Shown: positions 42,800-52,697, numbered from the stretch's first letter. The stretch: 56,657 nucleotides of DNA from Prevotella sp. UBA1378 (GCA_002305505.1 DBRC01000040.1:1-56657), one strand, 5' to 3'. Numbers and translations are program-made. Notes: generated from the sequence alone by a model not told the origin.

Positions 42800-44365
42800 T
42801 TACTTAACAATGACTTCCATCGAGCCGGGCAGCTTGCGCTGGATGCCGTCGGGGCCTACGGCCGTTATCCGTGAGATGTAGAAACGGCGGCCGCGCGCCA
42901 GCTTGCGGAAAGTGTCCTTCTGGCGGTCGGAAAAGGCAGCGCCTTCGCTCACCATCGGGACGGCATTGCCCATATTGTCGAAGAAAACGGTTTCGAACCC
43001 CAGCACCTTAAACGCGATATCAAGGATTCCGTCATCGATGGCCGCACCGATACCGTCGGCCTCCATCAGCTGCTGCTTGCTCAGGTTACCGCCTTTATAA
43101 CGCGAGGGATTGCCCTGCTCGTCTTTCATGGCGATGTAGGCTGTTGGGTCGGGCAGCTTGCGCACACGGAATGTAAACTGCCCCATCTGCTGCGCGTGCC
43201 CCGTATTGGTAGAGGTAACCGTGATGGTGACGTCCTTCCCCACTTGCGCCGGGCGGGCTATGTACCGGCCGGGGCCGACAGGCTGAAGCACCCCGCCCGA
43301 CATCGAGGCTTGTATCTTGTTCAGCGGGACACCCGGAACGCTGACGCTGATAGGGTTGCTGTATCCGGCATACAACACGTTCATCAGGTCGGCCGAGACA
43401 GTGGCACTCGGGTCGACCACGGTATATTTCTGCTCGAAGCTCCGGCGAATGGGCTCCCCCCCGCCGTTCTGCACCTGGATATAGCCTGCCAGCGTGAAAT
43501 CGCCCGTCCGCCCGGCCACCGTCTCATAAAGCCCGTTGTGAAGGTGCACCTCGCGGTTGCCGATGTATATCTGCGGCACTTGGGTGGTATCAACGGCAGC
43601 CATCACGATGCGTGCCGAGAACTTATCCCCGCGCACTATGGTCTGCGAATTGGGGATGACGAAGGCATTCAGCGAGTTCACACGGATATCCTTCACGTCG
43701 ATGTTGCTCACCAGCCGGTGCAGCACCTCGCCTTCGGCATAGCGCACGTCGCTCTGCAGCTTTGAGAGCAGTGTGACGGCAGCAGCCACCGGCATGTCTT
43801 CGAACATATACTCCTGCCAGTTTTTCCCCATCGTCACGGCATTCTTTGGGATGCTTGTCGAGAGGTTGCTGGCGATAATCTGCCGCTGTGTCGAGTCGGT
43901 TGTCATCTTGAGTATACGCGTCCTGAAAGAGTTGATGGCATTAAACAAGGCTTTGCCTTTCCCGCGGCCGGGTGCAAGCATCACCTGATTGGCAGGCTCC
44001 AGCCCTTCCTTGTTCCGTATATTCTTTATATCCGCATCGTCACCGTCGGCCTCGCGCACGATGGCAAGTTTCAGCTCGTCAGCGAAGTTATAGAGCGAGT
44101 CGCTCATGTTTTTCACCTCCTGTGCTTTGTTGAACCATTCCCTCACCTTCGCGGGGTTCGATTTCATCTGAGCGTCGAAGTTATCGTATATCGCCTGATT
44201 CTCCTTCGCCGAGTTGGCGGTGGTGCGGCTCAAGCTTTCCTCCACGATGGAGAATCCGTTGAGCACCTCCGTCGACACATTCAGCGCAAGCATGGCCATC
44301 AAGACGACGTACATCAAGTTGATCATCTTTTGGCGGGGAGATACGGGTCTTTTCTTTATTGCCAT
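42800..44365 (-). CDS. porM: T9SS motor protein PorM/GldM
   Basis: SPRQKMINLMYVVLMAMLALNVSTEVL; MNVLYAGYSNPI; FRVRKLPDP. Confidence 0.96.
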   Translation of the reverse strand: MAIKKRPVSPRQKMINLMYVVLMAMLALNVSTEVLNGFSIVEESLSRTTANSAKENQAIYDNFDAQMKSNPAKVREWFNKAQEVKNMSDSLYNFADELKLAIVREADGDDADIKNIRNKEGLEPANQVMLAPGRGKGKALFNAINSFRTRILKMTTDSTQRQIIASNLSTSIPKNAVTMGKNWQEYMFEDMPVAAAVTLLSKLQSDVRYAEGEVLHRLVSNIDVKDIRVNSLNAFVIPNSQTIVRGDKFSARIVMAAVDTTQVPQIYIGNREVHLHNGLYETVAGRTGDFTLAGYIQVQNGGGEPIRRSFEQKYTVVDPSATVSADLMNVLYAGYSNPISVSVPGVPLNKIQASMSGGVLQPVGPGRYIARPAQVGKDVTITVTSTNTGHAQQMGQFTFRVRKLPDPTAYIAMKDEQGNPSRYKGGNLSKQQLMEADGIGAAIDDGILDIAFKVLGFETVFFDNMGNAVPMVSEGAAFSDRQKDTFRKLARGRRFYISRITAVGPDGIQRKLPGSMEVIVK

Positions 44366-44397
44366 TCTGTAATCCTTAATCCCTAATCCAAATAATC

Positions 44398-45225
44398 CTA
44401 ATCCTTAATTGCCGCCGCCTTCATATTCATGTTTACGGTCATCGCCTCTATCATGCGGGCATAAATCTTGTTCAGGTCGGCTATCTGCTCGGCCATGTGG
44501 CGGGTCTGCTCGTTTATCTGGTCGATAGTGCCGATTTGGGCACTGGCCCCTTTCAGCTGCATTTCGTATATCTTGCAGATTCCGGTGAGCGTGCGGTTCA
44601 GGTTCTCCATCTCTTCCGAATCACGCGCCAGGCGTTCGCTCTGCGCCGATACCTTGCCGAGCATCTCCGTCAGCCGTTTCAGCTCTTCCACGTAGTTATT
44701 GGTAGCCTCCTCCAGTTCGGGGTTCATCGACGGGACGGGAGCAACTGCCACGCCTCCTGAAACTGCCGACACGGAAGTGGCGACGGCTGCGATAGCCTCT
44801 GTGTCTACCACCGGCGCACCGCCGCCGACAGCAACCGTTTGCAAATCAGCATCGCCGGTATGCAGTGCCCCGCCCGTGCCGCCAATGATTATCGTGCTGC
44901 CGCCGGCAACCGTTGCCCCCCCGCTCTCTACGCTGCTTTCCGCTGCCGGTTCATCGTGAGACACATGCGTGGGCAGCTCCATCCCGTCGGCAGTCTTGTC
45001 GAACGGGCGGTCGAAGGCCGAGATGAAGAACACGAACACCTCGGTGCCCATTCCCAGGTACAGGAAGAAGTTGGCTCCCGGAAGGTGGGTGAGCTTGAAC
45101 AATGTGCCGAGGATAACGACCGATGCGCCCCAACTGTACGCATAGTTCAGGAAGGTCTGGCCGGGTACGCTGTCGATCCACTTCTGCAGGCGGTAAACGA
45201 TATTAAACTTGCTGTATTCTGTCAT
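44398..45225 (-). CDS. porL: T9SS motor protein PorL/GldL
   Basis: YSWGASVVILGTLFKLTH.PGA...GMGTEVFVFFISAF; C-terminal coiled coil LNKIYARMIEAM. Confidence 0.96.
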   Translation of the reverse strand: MTEYSKFNIVYRLQKWIDSVPGQTFLNYAYSWGASVVILGTLFKLTHLPGANFFLYLGMGTEVFVFFISAFDRPFDKTADGMELPTHVSHDEPAAESSVESGGATVAGGSTIIIGGTGGALHTGDADLQTVAVGGGAPVVDTEAIAAVATSVSAVSGGVAVAPVPSMNPELEEATNNYVEELKRLTEMLGKVSAQSERLARDSEEMENLNRTLTGICKIYEMQLKGASAQIGTIDQINEQTRHMAEQIADLNKIYARMIEAMTVNMNMKAAAIKD

Positions 45226-46670
45226 TTATTCTTCGATTTTTTTGTTTTCGTTTTTTCACTTGTTGTATTAGCCAGACTGCGCACGCAGCGGAATCCGATA
45301 TACGAGCGCGGTTGGTTCTGGTATTCATACGAGCGCCATGCAGAGCGGATGTACGATTCGGGGTCTTTCCACGAGCCACCGCGCACGCTTTTCTTCTTCA
45401 GCCTGTAAGGGTCTTCCTTGGCTGCGTTGTACTTCAGCTGCGGGTTGATGTCGTTCATCGACTCTACGCCGGCCTCGGTATAAATGGTACTGGTCCATTC
45501 AGCCGCATTCCCGGCCATGTCGTAAAGGCCGTTACTGTTCGAGGCATAGATACCCACCTTACTGGTTATCAAGTTCCCGTCCTTGGTATAGTTTCCGTTA
45601 TCGGGCTTGAAGTTGGCAAAGAAACATCCCTTGCCGCTCGCCACGTCTTGATTTTCCCAAGGGAACTCGTTCTGGTCCTTCCCGCGGGCAGCATACTCCC
45701 ACTCGGCCTCGGTCGGCAGGCGGTAACGCTGCACGTAGCGGGCTGCTGCGCCCAGCCCCTTCAGCAGGTATTCGGTACGCCATGCACAGAAGGCTTCCGC
45801 CTGTTCCCACGTCACGCCCACCACCGGATAGCTGTTGTATGCCGGATTGCTGAAATATAGGCGCATGTAGGTTTCATTATCTGCATTGGGGAAATCGTTC
45901 ACCCAGCACGTCGTGTCGGGATAAATATTCACGATATAAGTGTTGAGGAAATCCCACGGCCCGCTCAACTGGCGGTTGATGGTCTGCCGCACGATGCGCC
46001 CCTCATCATCGATATAGGCCGTATCCTTCGATATCCACACCTGTTCGTCAGGATTAGCCGTGATGTCCGTATTCAGGTTGCGCTCTTCCGGATTCAGCCT
46101 GTACTTGCGCTTGGCCGCCTCCGTATAGTCATACACCTCGTAGCGGTAGTTCATCTGCCGCGCATCAAGCATTTTCTCTCCCGTCACCGGATTGGTCACA
46201 TATACGCTTTCCAAGGCACGCTGCTCGTCTTCATTCGGTTTCCGCGGCAGTGCTTTTTTCCAGTTCAGGTGGGGCTTCACCGGATCGCCGTTCTTGTCTT
46301 CTTCTATCTTATAGGTTTCGTCGCCGCCGTAAGCGGGGTCGGCCAAGCGCTCACGGATAATAGAATCGCGTACATAATAAACAAACTGCCTGTACTGCGA
46401 GTTCGTTATCTCCGTTTCGTCCATCCAGAAGCCCTCCACCGAGATGTCCCTCACCGGGGTTTGTTTCCCCCAAAGGCTGTCTTGCTTTTCCATCCCCATC
46501 TTGAGGTGTCCTCTTTTAATCAAGGTCATACCGTAAGGCGTGGGTTCGGCAAAAGCCCTTCCGCCTTTACCGGTCACCTCGCCGCCTGATGCCGTCACCG
46601 ACTTGCCGCCGAAGCAACCTGTCAACGCCAGCACAGCCATGACGCCAAGAGCTATGATACTTTTCTTCAT
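45222..46670 (-). CDS. porK: T9SS lipoprotein PorK/GldK (FGE-sulfatase fold)
   Basis: Lipobox LTGC; FWMDETEITN, YPVVGVTW, RLPTEAEWEYAARG, GLYDMAGN, RGGSW, IGFRCVR. Confidence 0.95.
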   Translation of the reverse strand: MKKSIIALGVMAVLALTGCFGGKSVTASGGEVTGKGGRAFAEPTPYGMTLIKRGHLKMGMEKQDSLWGKQTPVRDISVEGFWMDETEITNSQYRQFVYYVRDSIIRERLADPAYGGDETYKIEEDKNGDPVKPHLNWKKALPRKPNEDEQRALESVYVTNPVTGEKMLDARQMNYRYEVYDYTEAAKRKYRLNPEERNLNTDITANPDEQVWISKDTAYIDDEGRIVRQTINRQLSGPWDFLNTYIVNIYPDTTCWVNDFPNADNETYMRLYFSNPAYNSYPVVGVTWEQAEAFCAWRTEYLLKGLGAAARYVQRYRLPTEAEWEYAARGKDQNEFPWENQDVASGKGCFFANFKPDNGNYTKDGNLITSKVGIYASNSNGLYDMAGNAAEWTSTIYTEAGVESMNDINPQLKYNAAKEDPYRLKKKSVRGGSWKDPESYIRSAWRSYEYQNQPRSYIGFRCVRSLANTTSEKTKTKKSKNK

Positions 46671-46713
46671 ATCTTAAATTTCTATATTCTGATTTCTATT
46701 CACAATTAGGCGT

Positions 46714-47649
46714 TTAAAGGATTCTCACACTTTTGTGCCGGTTCCTGCCTTTCTTCGCCAGGTTCACGTCGGTTTGATAACCGATGAACAGTTCATGGCT
46801 CCCGTTCCCCATACTGATGGCCGATGTATAAACCTCATAGCTGTATCCGATATTGACGCCATGGAAATTGCCGCCGACCATTGCCGTCACCGAATTGGAA
46901 GGACTATAAGCCAGCCCGGCATACATCACTTTCTTATCGTTCGTATACTTTACACGCGCCGACACATCGACCCGGTAACCGACGCCATCGGTACGGCCCA
47001 GTACGGTAGGGTGTATTGTAAGAAACGGATTTCTCAACTTTATATTGTATCCGCCTGTCAAATAATATGTCCTGTCGATTGTGATTTTCGAGTTTTCCCC
47101 CATCTCGACGGCAGGGGCATTGGCATGGAGAACGGAGACGCCCGCATACCAGTTGCGATGCAGATAATAGATACCGGCACCCACGTCGAAGGCCGAACCG
47201 GTGACATCGGTTGTGGGAATGGCCGGGTCGGGCACGTTAGGGTCCGCTTTCGAACCGTTGAAGCTCTCGCTGAGCATCGACAGATGGAAGCCCACGCTCA
47301 GCACGCCTCCCAACAGGCGCTGCTTCAGCGCATACTGGAGCGCAAGCCTCTTATGGGAGAAAAGCCCTATCTGGTCGTTCATGAACTGTACGCCCGCCCC
47401 ATGGTACGACTTAAGGAAATAGAACGGCATGTCGCCTCCGGCATACATCGTACGCGGATTGTTCTCAAAGCCCGCCATACCCATTGCATATGCCGCTACG
47501 ACATTGATTTTAGCCTCCTTGCCCACAGCAGCTGGATTGAACGACGGTTCCATCGCCCAATAGTGGGAGAACGACGGGTCATACTGCGCCCTTGCCGGAA
47601 CTGCGGCAAGGAGCACCAAAGCCGATATGATGCAAATTCGTGTAAACAC
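46714..47649 (-). CDS. porP: T9SS membrane protein PorP/SprF
   Basis: AQYDPSFSHYW...FNPA; beta-barrel; GYSYE..GSHEL; first gene of porPKLMN; GTG start. Confidence 0.93.
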   Translation of the reverse strand: MFTRICIISALVLLAAVPARAQYDPSFSHYWAMEPSFNPAAVGKEAKINVVAAYAMGMAGFENNPRTMYAGGDMPFYFLKSYHGAGVQFMNDQIGLFSHKRLALQYALKQRLLGGVLSVGFHLSMLSESFNGSKADPNVPDPAIPTTDVTGSAFDVGAGIYYLHRNWYAGVSVLHANAPAVEMGENSKITIDRTYYLTGGYNIKLRNPFLTIHPTVLGRTDGVGYRVDVSARVKYTNDKKVMYAGLAYSPSNSVTAMVGGNFHGVNIGYSYEVYTSAISMGNGSHELFIGYQTDVNLAKKGRNRHKSVRIL

Positions 47650-47744
47650 GTTTAATATAACGATTATAGATGCTTTTTATTGTACCCGGAAGGCCCATAT
47701 GTCTGCCTGGGTGATTTTTCGGGGATTCATATCCGGCAAACAGG

Positions 47745-49433
47745 TTATTTTCTTTCATTCGAAATCTTCCTGTATTCGCTGGGCGTCATCTTGAACTTCT
47801 CCCGGAAGAGGGTATTGAAGTGGCTGCGGCTCTGAAAACCGCTCATCTCTGCAACAAGACCGATAGGTTCGCTGGTGTCGCCAAGCAGACGGGCAGCGTG
47901 GCGGATGCGCCAGTCGTCAAGAAAATCGCCGAGAGTCATACCGTCAGCACACTCCCTGATGGCATCGGCCACATAGCTGAAGTTGGTGCCGAGCATTGCG
48001 GCCAGGTCTTCACGCTTCAGGTCACTGTCGGTATAGGGCTGCTTGTCGCGCATCAGGGTGCAGAGCTTGCGATAGAGTTGTTGCAAGGAGGTAAGCATCT
48101 CTACTGGCTTTTCCTCCAAATCCTTCTGCTGATATTCCTCGCGGCTGAGCATCTGCTGCACGATATCAAACAGTTCACGGTTCTTTTGATGCAACCGCCG
48201 TTGAGCAATGACGATGCGCCAAAGTACGACGGCACAGACAGAAAGTATCAGCAGGAGGGATAATATAATAATAAGGTGTATACGGGCTTGGGCCTCCTTG
48301 TCTTTCAAAGCCAGCTCTTTCTCCTGCGTCTTCATCAGTTGTGCCAGCTTCAAGGTTTCGCCCTGCCGCTCCCGCTGTACAAGACTGTCGGTGAGCATGA
48401 TGCAGCGGTCGCGGGCCATACTGGCCTCACGGTATCGGCCCAGTGCATGCAGGCCGTTGGCATAGTTTATCACCAACCCCCTGTACATATCGGAGATAGT
48501 GTCCTCGTGTTCTCGGAATGCGGGTTCGATTTCCTGATATATTTGCAAGATGCGCTCACTATTGCCCGCCAAAGCATAGTAGTTCAGTATGTCATATTTA
48601 TTTTGAGGCAGCTTGGAAGCATCAGTCCGTTCAAAGGCTTCAGCTGAGCGGCGGGCGCCTGCCGTGTCGCCAGTCTTCTGCTGGCAGTAGGCCAAGACGC
48701 TGTAGGTATATGCCCGTTGTCCGTCAGTCCATCCGGCAGGGGCATCAGGCACCTCCTTATCTATCCGGGCGATGATGGACAGCCGCTCTTTTAGCAGGGC
48801 AACCACTCCGGCATAATCCTCCCGCATGGCGATAATCCGGGCTTTCTGACCGAGGTAGCTCGACAGCATAGCCAGATATTCCGGTGATTTTCCAGCAGCC
48901 TCGCGGTAGATATTCAGCGAACGGTCAATGTAATGCATCCCGCTGCCGCGCTGCTTTTGCTCCATCACCTTGCCTGCTTCGAAATAGAAGTCGGCCTCGT
49001 CGGTCACAAGGCCTAAGCTGTGCGCTAATAAAGCGCCGTCGATTGCATAGCGCACAACATCCTCGTTCCACTCACTCTTACTGGCACAGATGGCGGTCAT
49101 CAGCCTGAGAGCCTTCATGCGCTCAAGACTGTCAGGATTGCTGTCGAGCACCTTCTGGCAGTAGGCGCGTGCTTTCTGCTTGTCGGGCTCTTTGGTATTG
49201 TGCCACACCTGGGCACGCATCCAGTCCGCTCTGTTTTCATCGGCTACGCCTTTCATTACGGCGGTATCAATGAGCGCGAGCGAGTGCTGCGGGTTCTCAT
49301 AGCACGACTGCCGGATATTCTCCCACGTGTAGGTACTGTCGGCATCTGCTGGCGAACCGCTGCCGTTTCCTGCCGAGCAGGCGGCAAAAACCAGTCCTGC
49401 AAGGAACATATATACAATTTCCTTCATCTTCAT
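47745..49433 (-). CDS. Membrane-anchored AraC-family regulator with TPR-like periplasmic domain
   Basis: Lipobox FAAC; helical repeats; coiled coil; TM helix (IHLIIILSLLLILSVCAVVLW); AraC HTH (LGTN..YV, SGFQSRSHFNTLFREKFKMTPSEYR). Confidence 0.9.
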   Translation of the reverse strand: MKMKEIVYMFLAGLVFAACSAGNGSGSPADADSTYTWENIRQSCYENPQHSLALIDTAVMKGVADENRADWMRAQVWHNTKEPDKQKARAYCQKVLDSNPDSLERMKALRLMTAICASKSEWNEDVVRYAIDGALLAHSLGLVTDEADFYFEAGKVMEQKQRGSGMHYIDRSLNIYREAAGKSPEYLAMLSSYLGQKARIIAMREDYAGVVALLKERLSIIARIDKEVPDAPAGWTDGQRAYTYSVLAYCQQKTGDTAGARRSAEAFERTDASKLPQNKYDILNYYALAGNSERILQIYQEIEPAFREHEDTISDMYRGLVINYANGLHALGRYREASMARDRCIMLTDSLVQRERQGETLKLAQLMKTQEKELALKDKEAQARIHLIIILSLLLILSVCAVVLWRIVIAQRRLHQKNRELFDIVQQMLSREEYQQKDLEEKPVEMLTSLQQLYRKLCTLMRDKQPYTDSDLKREDLAAMLGTNFSYVADAIRECADGMTLGDFLDDWRIRHAARLLGDTSEPIGLVAEMSGFQSRSHFNTLFREKFKMTPSEYRKISNERK

Positions 49434-49450
49434 TATAATTGTAATAGGTG

Positions 49451-49571
49451 CAAAGTTAGTAATTTTTCGTTATAGGAGCAATTTTTTCCGGTCTCAATAC
49501 ACGGTTTTTCGCCATGAGTACAAAATTTTTCGTATGGAGAACATTATTGCCGGCGCTTCGCCGTATCTTTG
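49451..49571. promoter_or_regulatory. Divergent promoter region with four TTTT(T/C)CG boxes at a 21-bp period
   Basis: -7 boxes TAACTTTG (minus, 49451-49458) and TATCTTTG (plus, 49564-49571); boxes end at 49469, 49490, 49511 and 49532. Confidence 0.7.
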
Positions 49572-49592
49572 TTCCAGAAATTAATTACAGAT

Positions 49593-49802
49593 ATGGATTT
49601 AACGACAATTATCACAGTGGCACTCTCGACGGTCATCCTGATTATCATCATCGGACTGGCTGCGGCATTTATATATTATAGATGGCGTACAACGGAACTG
49701 ATGTCGGGCTTGGCACAATTCATCCGCAAAACAGAAAAGCAGAGAGATGAACTGGAACGATTAGAAAGAGAAATACAGAAATTAAAAAAACAAGATAACT
49801 AA
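49593..49802 (+). CDS. Small single-TM coiled-coil protein
   Basis: ATG 49593 after the -7 box; ~25-residue hydrophobic helix then charged heptads (QRDELERLEREIQKLKK). Confidence 0.75.
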   Translation: MDLTTIITVALSTVILIIIIGLAAAFIYYRWRTTELMSGLAQFIRKTEKQRDELERLEREIQKLKKQDN

Positions 49803-49815
49803 AAAGAATAATCCT

Positions 49816-50691
49816 ATGACAAAGAAAACAAAGATGCTATGCTTTGCCTTGCTGGCTCTGATGACAATCGCCACAGAAGCCCCAGCCCAGACTAACCGGA
49901 ACGGGCGTGCGACTATCAGTATCAACAACCTCAATTACACGCAGAAGGAACAGAAGAAGAATGCCGGTTCCATACTCGGAGCAATAGCCGACGTGCTGAT
50001 AACGGGGCAGACCACCACGCAACAGGATGGTTACAAGGATGCTGTCCGTGCTGCCATCGTAAAGGGATTCTCGCAGGCACACCGTGTTTCGGCCATAGAC
50101 GGCCAGCTGTCAGCAGCTGAAGCAGCAAGCGGCAATGCTTTCTACGTGGATGTTACGGTTTCGAACATTTCGACCACCACCAAAACAGAACTGTCTGCCG
50201 ATAAAACGAAAACCAAGACTTATCACAAGGGGATTATCGGCTTGATGCTCCACATCAAGGATGCACAAACCGACCAGATAGTGAACAGCCCTGCATTCAA
50301 CGTTTCCGATACTGATGCAGCATGGATGGAAACAGCAGAAGGAGCACTCAACAAAGCACTTGTCCGTTTATCATCAGGAATCACCTTATACTGCAACCGC
50401 TGGCTACCTCTCTCGGCTAACATCATAGAAGGGGCAAGCGACAAGAAGGATAAGCAGAAAGAGGTTTATATAGACCTTGGAAGCCGTGAGGGTGCCGTTA
50501 AAGGCTTACACATGGCTGTATATACCACAAAGACTATTGCGGGCAAGATTGCCAAGCAGCAGATAGGGAAACTGAAAATTGAGGCCGTAGAGGGCGATGA
50601 CATCAGTCTCTGCAAGGTACAGAGCGGAGGCAAGGACATCAAAGCGGCCATCGACGCGGGTATAACCCTGCTGGTTACGACTACCGACTAA
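49816..50691 (+). CDS. Exported protein, CsgG/TolB-N-like domain + FlgT-C-like domain (hypothetical)
   Basis: SPI signal (EAPA-Q); alpha/beta domain with L.IKDAQT.QIV.S; C-terminal VYIDLGS..G..KG....IGKLKI..V...SLC.V pattern. Confidence 0.6.
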   Translation: MTKKTKMLCFALLALMTIATEAPAQTNRNGRATISINNLNYTQKEQKKNAGSILGAIADVLITGQTTTQQDGYKDAVRAAIVKGFSQAHRVSAIDGQLSAAEAASGNAFYVDVTVSNISTTTKTELSADKTKTKTYHKGIIGLMLHIKDAQTDQIVNSPAFNVSDTDAAWMETAEGALNKALVRLSSGITLYCNRWLPLSANIIEGASDKKDKQKEVYIDLGSREGAVKGLHMAVYTTKTIAGKIAKQQIGKLKIEAVEGDDISLCKVQSGGKDIKAAIDAGITLLVTTTD

Positions 50692-50802
50692 TTAAAATTG
50701 CAGTTGTATGAGGAGGGGGATTGGCGGCACTAAGATGCTGCCTGCCCCGCACCTCAACGACACTTACAGAAAAAATAACGGTGAATAAAAAACTTAGGAA
50801 AC

Positions 50803-52677
50803 ATGAAAAAGAATCTTATGGCGTTCGTAGCCGTCTCCTTATGCTACGCAATGATTATAACAGCGTTTAGCGCTTGTTCGGAAATAGACAATCCTGTTAA
50901 GCCCATAGATGATGTAGAGGGAACGTCAGGTGTGGAGACATTCACGCCCGAAATTCTCCTCAATTCCTCGGTCTATGTGCCCTATGACGTAGACAATGAT
51001 TTGCGCACAGCCTTTGTATATGCCACCAAGGAGGTCAGCCCGGTGGCCGATCTCAGGCACAGCGTCTTCGTGGTGAACAAACTTACCGACCTTGACGAAT
51101 CGCTGCTGAAGGATGCCTACGAGCAGGGCAAGACCATCGCGGTGGTTAATCCCAAGAAAGAGGAGATCGATGCCTATACTGCTGCCCATCCTTGGCTTGA
51201 CATCTTTACGGATAATATTGACGACGATCTTGGCATTTTCGGCTTCAATAACGATCGGACATACATCCTTATCAACAAGCTGCATTCTCACGAAACATCA
51301 GCCGGGAACTTAACAGAAATAGAAGTAGGAAATACAGCAAATGGCAACTTTACGGAAGAATACAACACACCCGGAATGGATATGTCACACGCCTATTACG
51401 TTTCTATCGCCAGCTGGCTGGAGGAGCTGAACGAGGACTTGGGGAACGGGGTGCTAAAGAAAGCCAACAGGGCAGCAAACGGTACAAATAATAAAATGAG
51501 CGACTTTGCCAACTATTCCCATCTGCACTACGTTTACAACTTCAGCGCGGATCACAAATTCCGCAAATGCGCATCGTCGAAAGCGGATTATTTGAAAGGC
51601 TCGGGCAGCATAACCATTGATTACGATGTCTACATGGTTCACGTCTACGAAGGCGAGACGGGTGCCGGCGACTACTATGGCGTGAACATGACTGCCAGTA
51701 TAGCAAACGAGAACATGTGGAAAGGCAAGGGCTGGAACAGGCATGGCGGCACATACGTGCGCTGGTGTGGCTTCTATTGCAAGGACTTCAGCGTGACATC
51801 GCAGCTTACCGATGCCCAAATGAATCCAATCCCCAACATCACCTTCACTGCCGGGGGAAGCCCTTCGCCGGAAACGACTGTTGGGAAGACAACATACAAG
51901 AACGAGCAAAGTTTCAGTCTGGAACTGAGCCAAACCGTCGGACTCTCAGGGGGTAAATCGGACGGAAAAACAAAATTTGACATCAATGGCAAGCTGGGTT
52001 TCAAGGAAGGATGGACGTGGACCAATTCGACAGTACGCGAAGTGTTTGATACCGACGTGAAGAACATCAGCTCCGACAACATCGCAGGATGGTCGCTCGC
52101 ATTCAATAACCTGCCCTACTTCCAATACAGTGAGAGCCGAGGCTTCAAGATAACAGATTCGCAGACTTACCGTTCCACAAGTTCCATATACGGCTCGTGG
52201 CTATGGTATGACAAGACGGGAAAGGACAACGAAGAAAAGGCTGCCAACTACATCACAATAAAAGTAAATGCCAACTACGGTATGATGAGTTGGATATCCT
52301 CGGAAGCAGACCTTAATCACGACAATATATACTTCGAGAGCCAGGACATCATTGCCCTTCCAAAAGTAATCAATATCACGGCGGGAACACTCGAACTGCA
52401 GAACAACCTCCCCAATGGCGCTACCATCTATGACGTGAAAGTGGCTAATGCTAAAACCGACGAAGTCTACAGCACGCTCAAGAACACCATTCCTAACGGC
52501 GGAACGCAGGTTCTGGGTACCTTCTCCACCGCCACAAAATATAAGGTTACGTTTATTGCAAGAGCTACCGACGGCACTACACAGACTTACGCCTACTCGC
52601 TACACAACGACGGCTTAAACACGGAGCACAAGGCGAAAACCACTCTTTATGCCGCAAGCGACTTTTCAATAAAATAA
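50803..52677 (+). CDS. Lipoprotein with putative leukocidin/hemolysin-type beta-pore-forming domain
   Basis: Lipobox FSAC-SEIDNP; segment SPETTVGKTTY..SFSLELSQTVGLSGG..DINGKLGFKEGWTWTNSTV..DTDV resembles the amphipathic pre-stem hairpin of alpha-hemolysin/VCC-type toxins. Confidence 0.65.
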   Translation: MKKNLMAFVAVSLCYAMIITAFSACSEIDNPVKPIDDVEGTSGVETFTPEILLNSSVYVPYDVDNDLRTAFVYATKEVSPVADLRHSVFVVNKLTDLDESLLKDAYEQGKTIAVVNPKKEEIDAYTAAHPWLDIFTDNIDDDLGIFGFNNDRTYILINKLHSHETSAGNLTEIEVGNTANGNFTEEYNTPGMDMSHAYYVSIASWLEELNEDLGNGVLKKANRAANGTNNKMSDFANYSHLHYVYNFSADHKFRKCASSKADYLKGSGSITIDYDVYMVHVYEGETGAGDYYGVNMTASIANENMWKGKGWNRHGGTYVRWCGFYCKDFSVTSQLTDAQMNPIPNITFTAGGSPSPETTVGKTTYKNEQSFSLELSQTVGLSGGKSDGKTKFDINGKLGFKEGWTWTNSTVREVFDTDVKNISSDNIAGWSLAFNNLPYFQYSESRGFKITDSQTYRSTSSIYGSWLWYDKTGKDNEEKAANYITIKVNANYGMMSWISSEADLNHDNIYFESQDIIALPKVINITAGTLELQNNLPNGATIYDVKVANAKTDEVYSTLKNTIPNGGTQVLGTFSTATKYKVTFIARATDGTTQTYAYSLHNDGLNTEHKAKTTLYAASDFSIK

Positions 52678-52697
52678 CAAAATTCAAACAAACAACA

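Noticed and set aside
41720-47649. Gliding motility system
   Set aside because: porPKLMN is the ordinary T9SS core; no gliding-specific genes in the window and Prevotellaceae are non-motile
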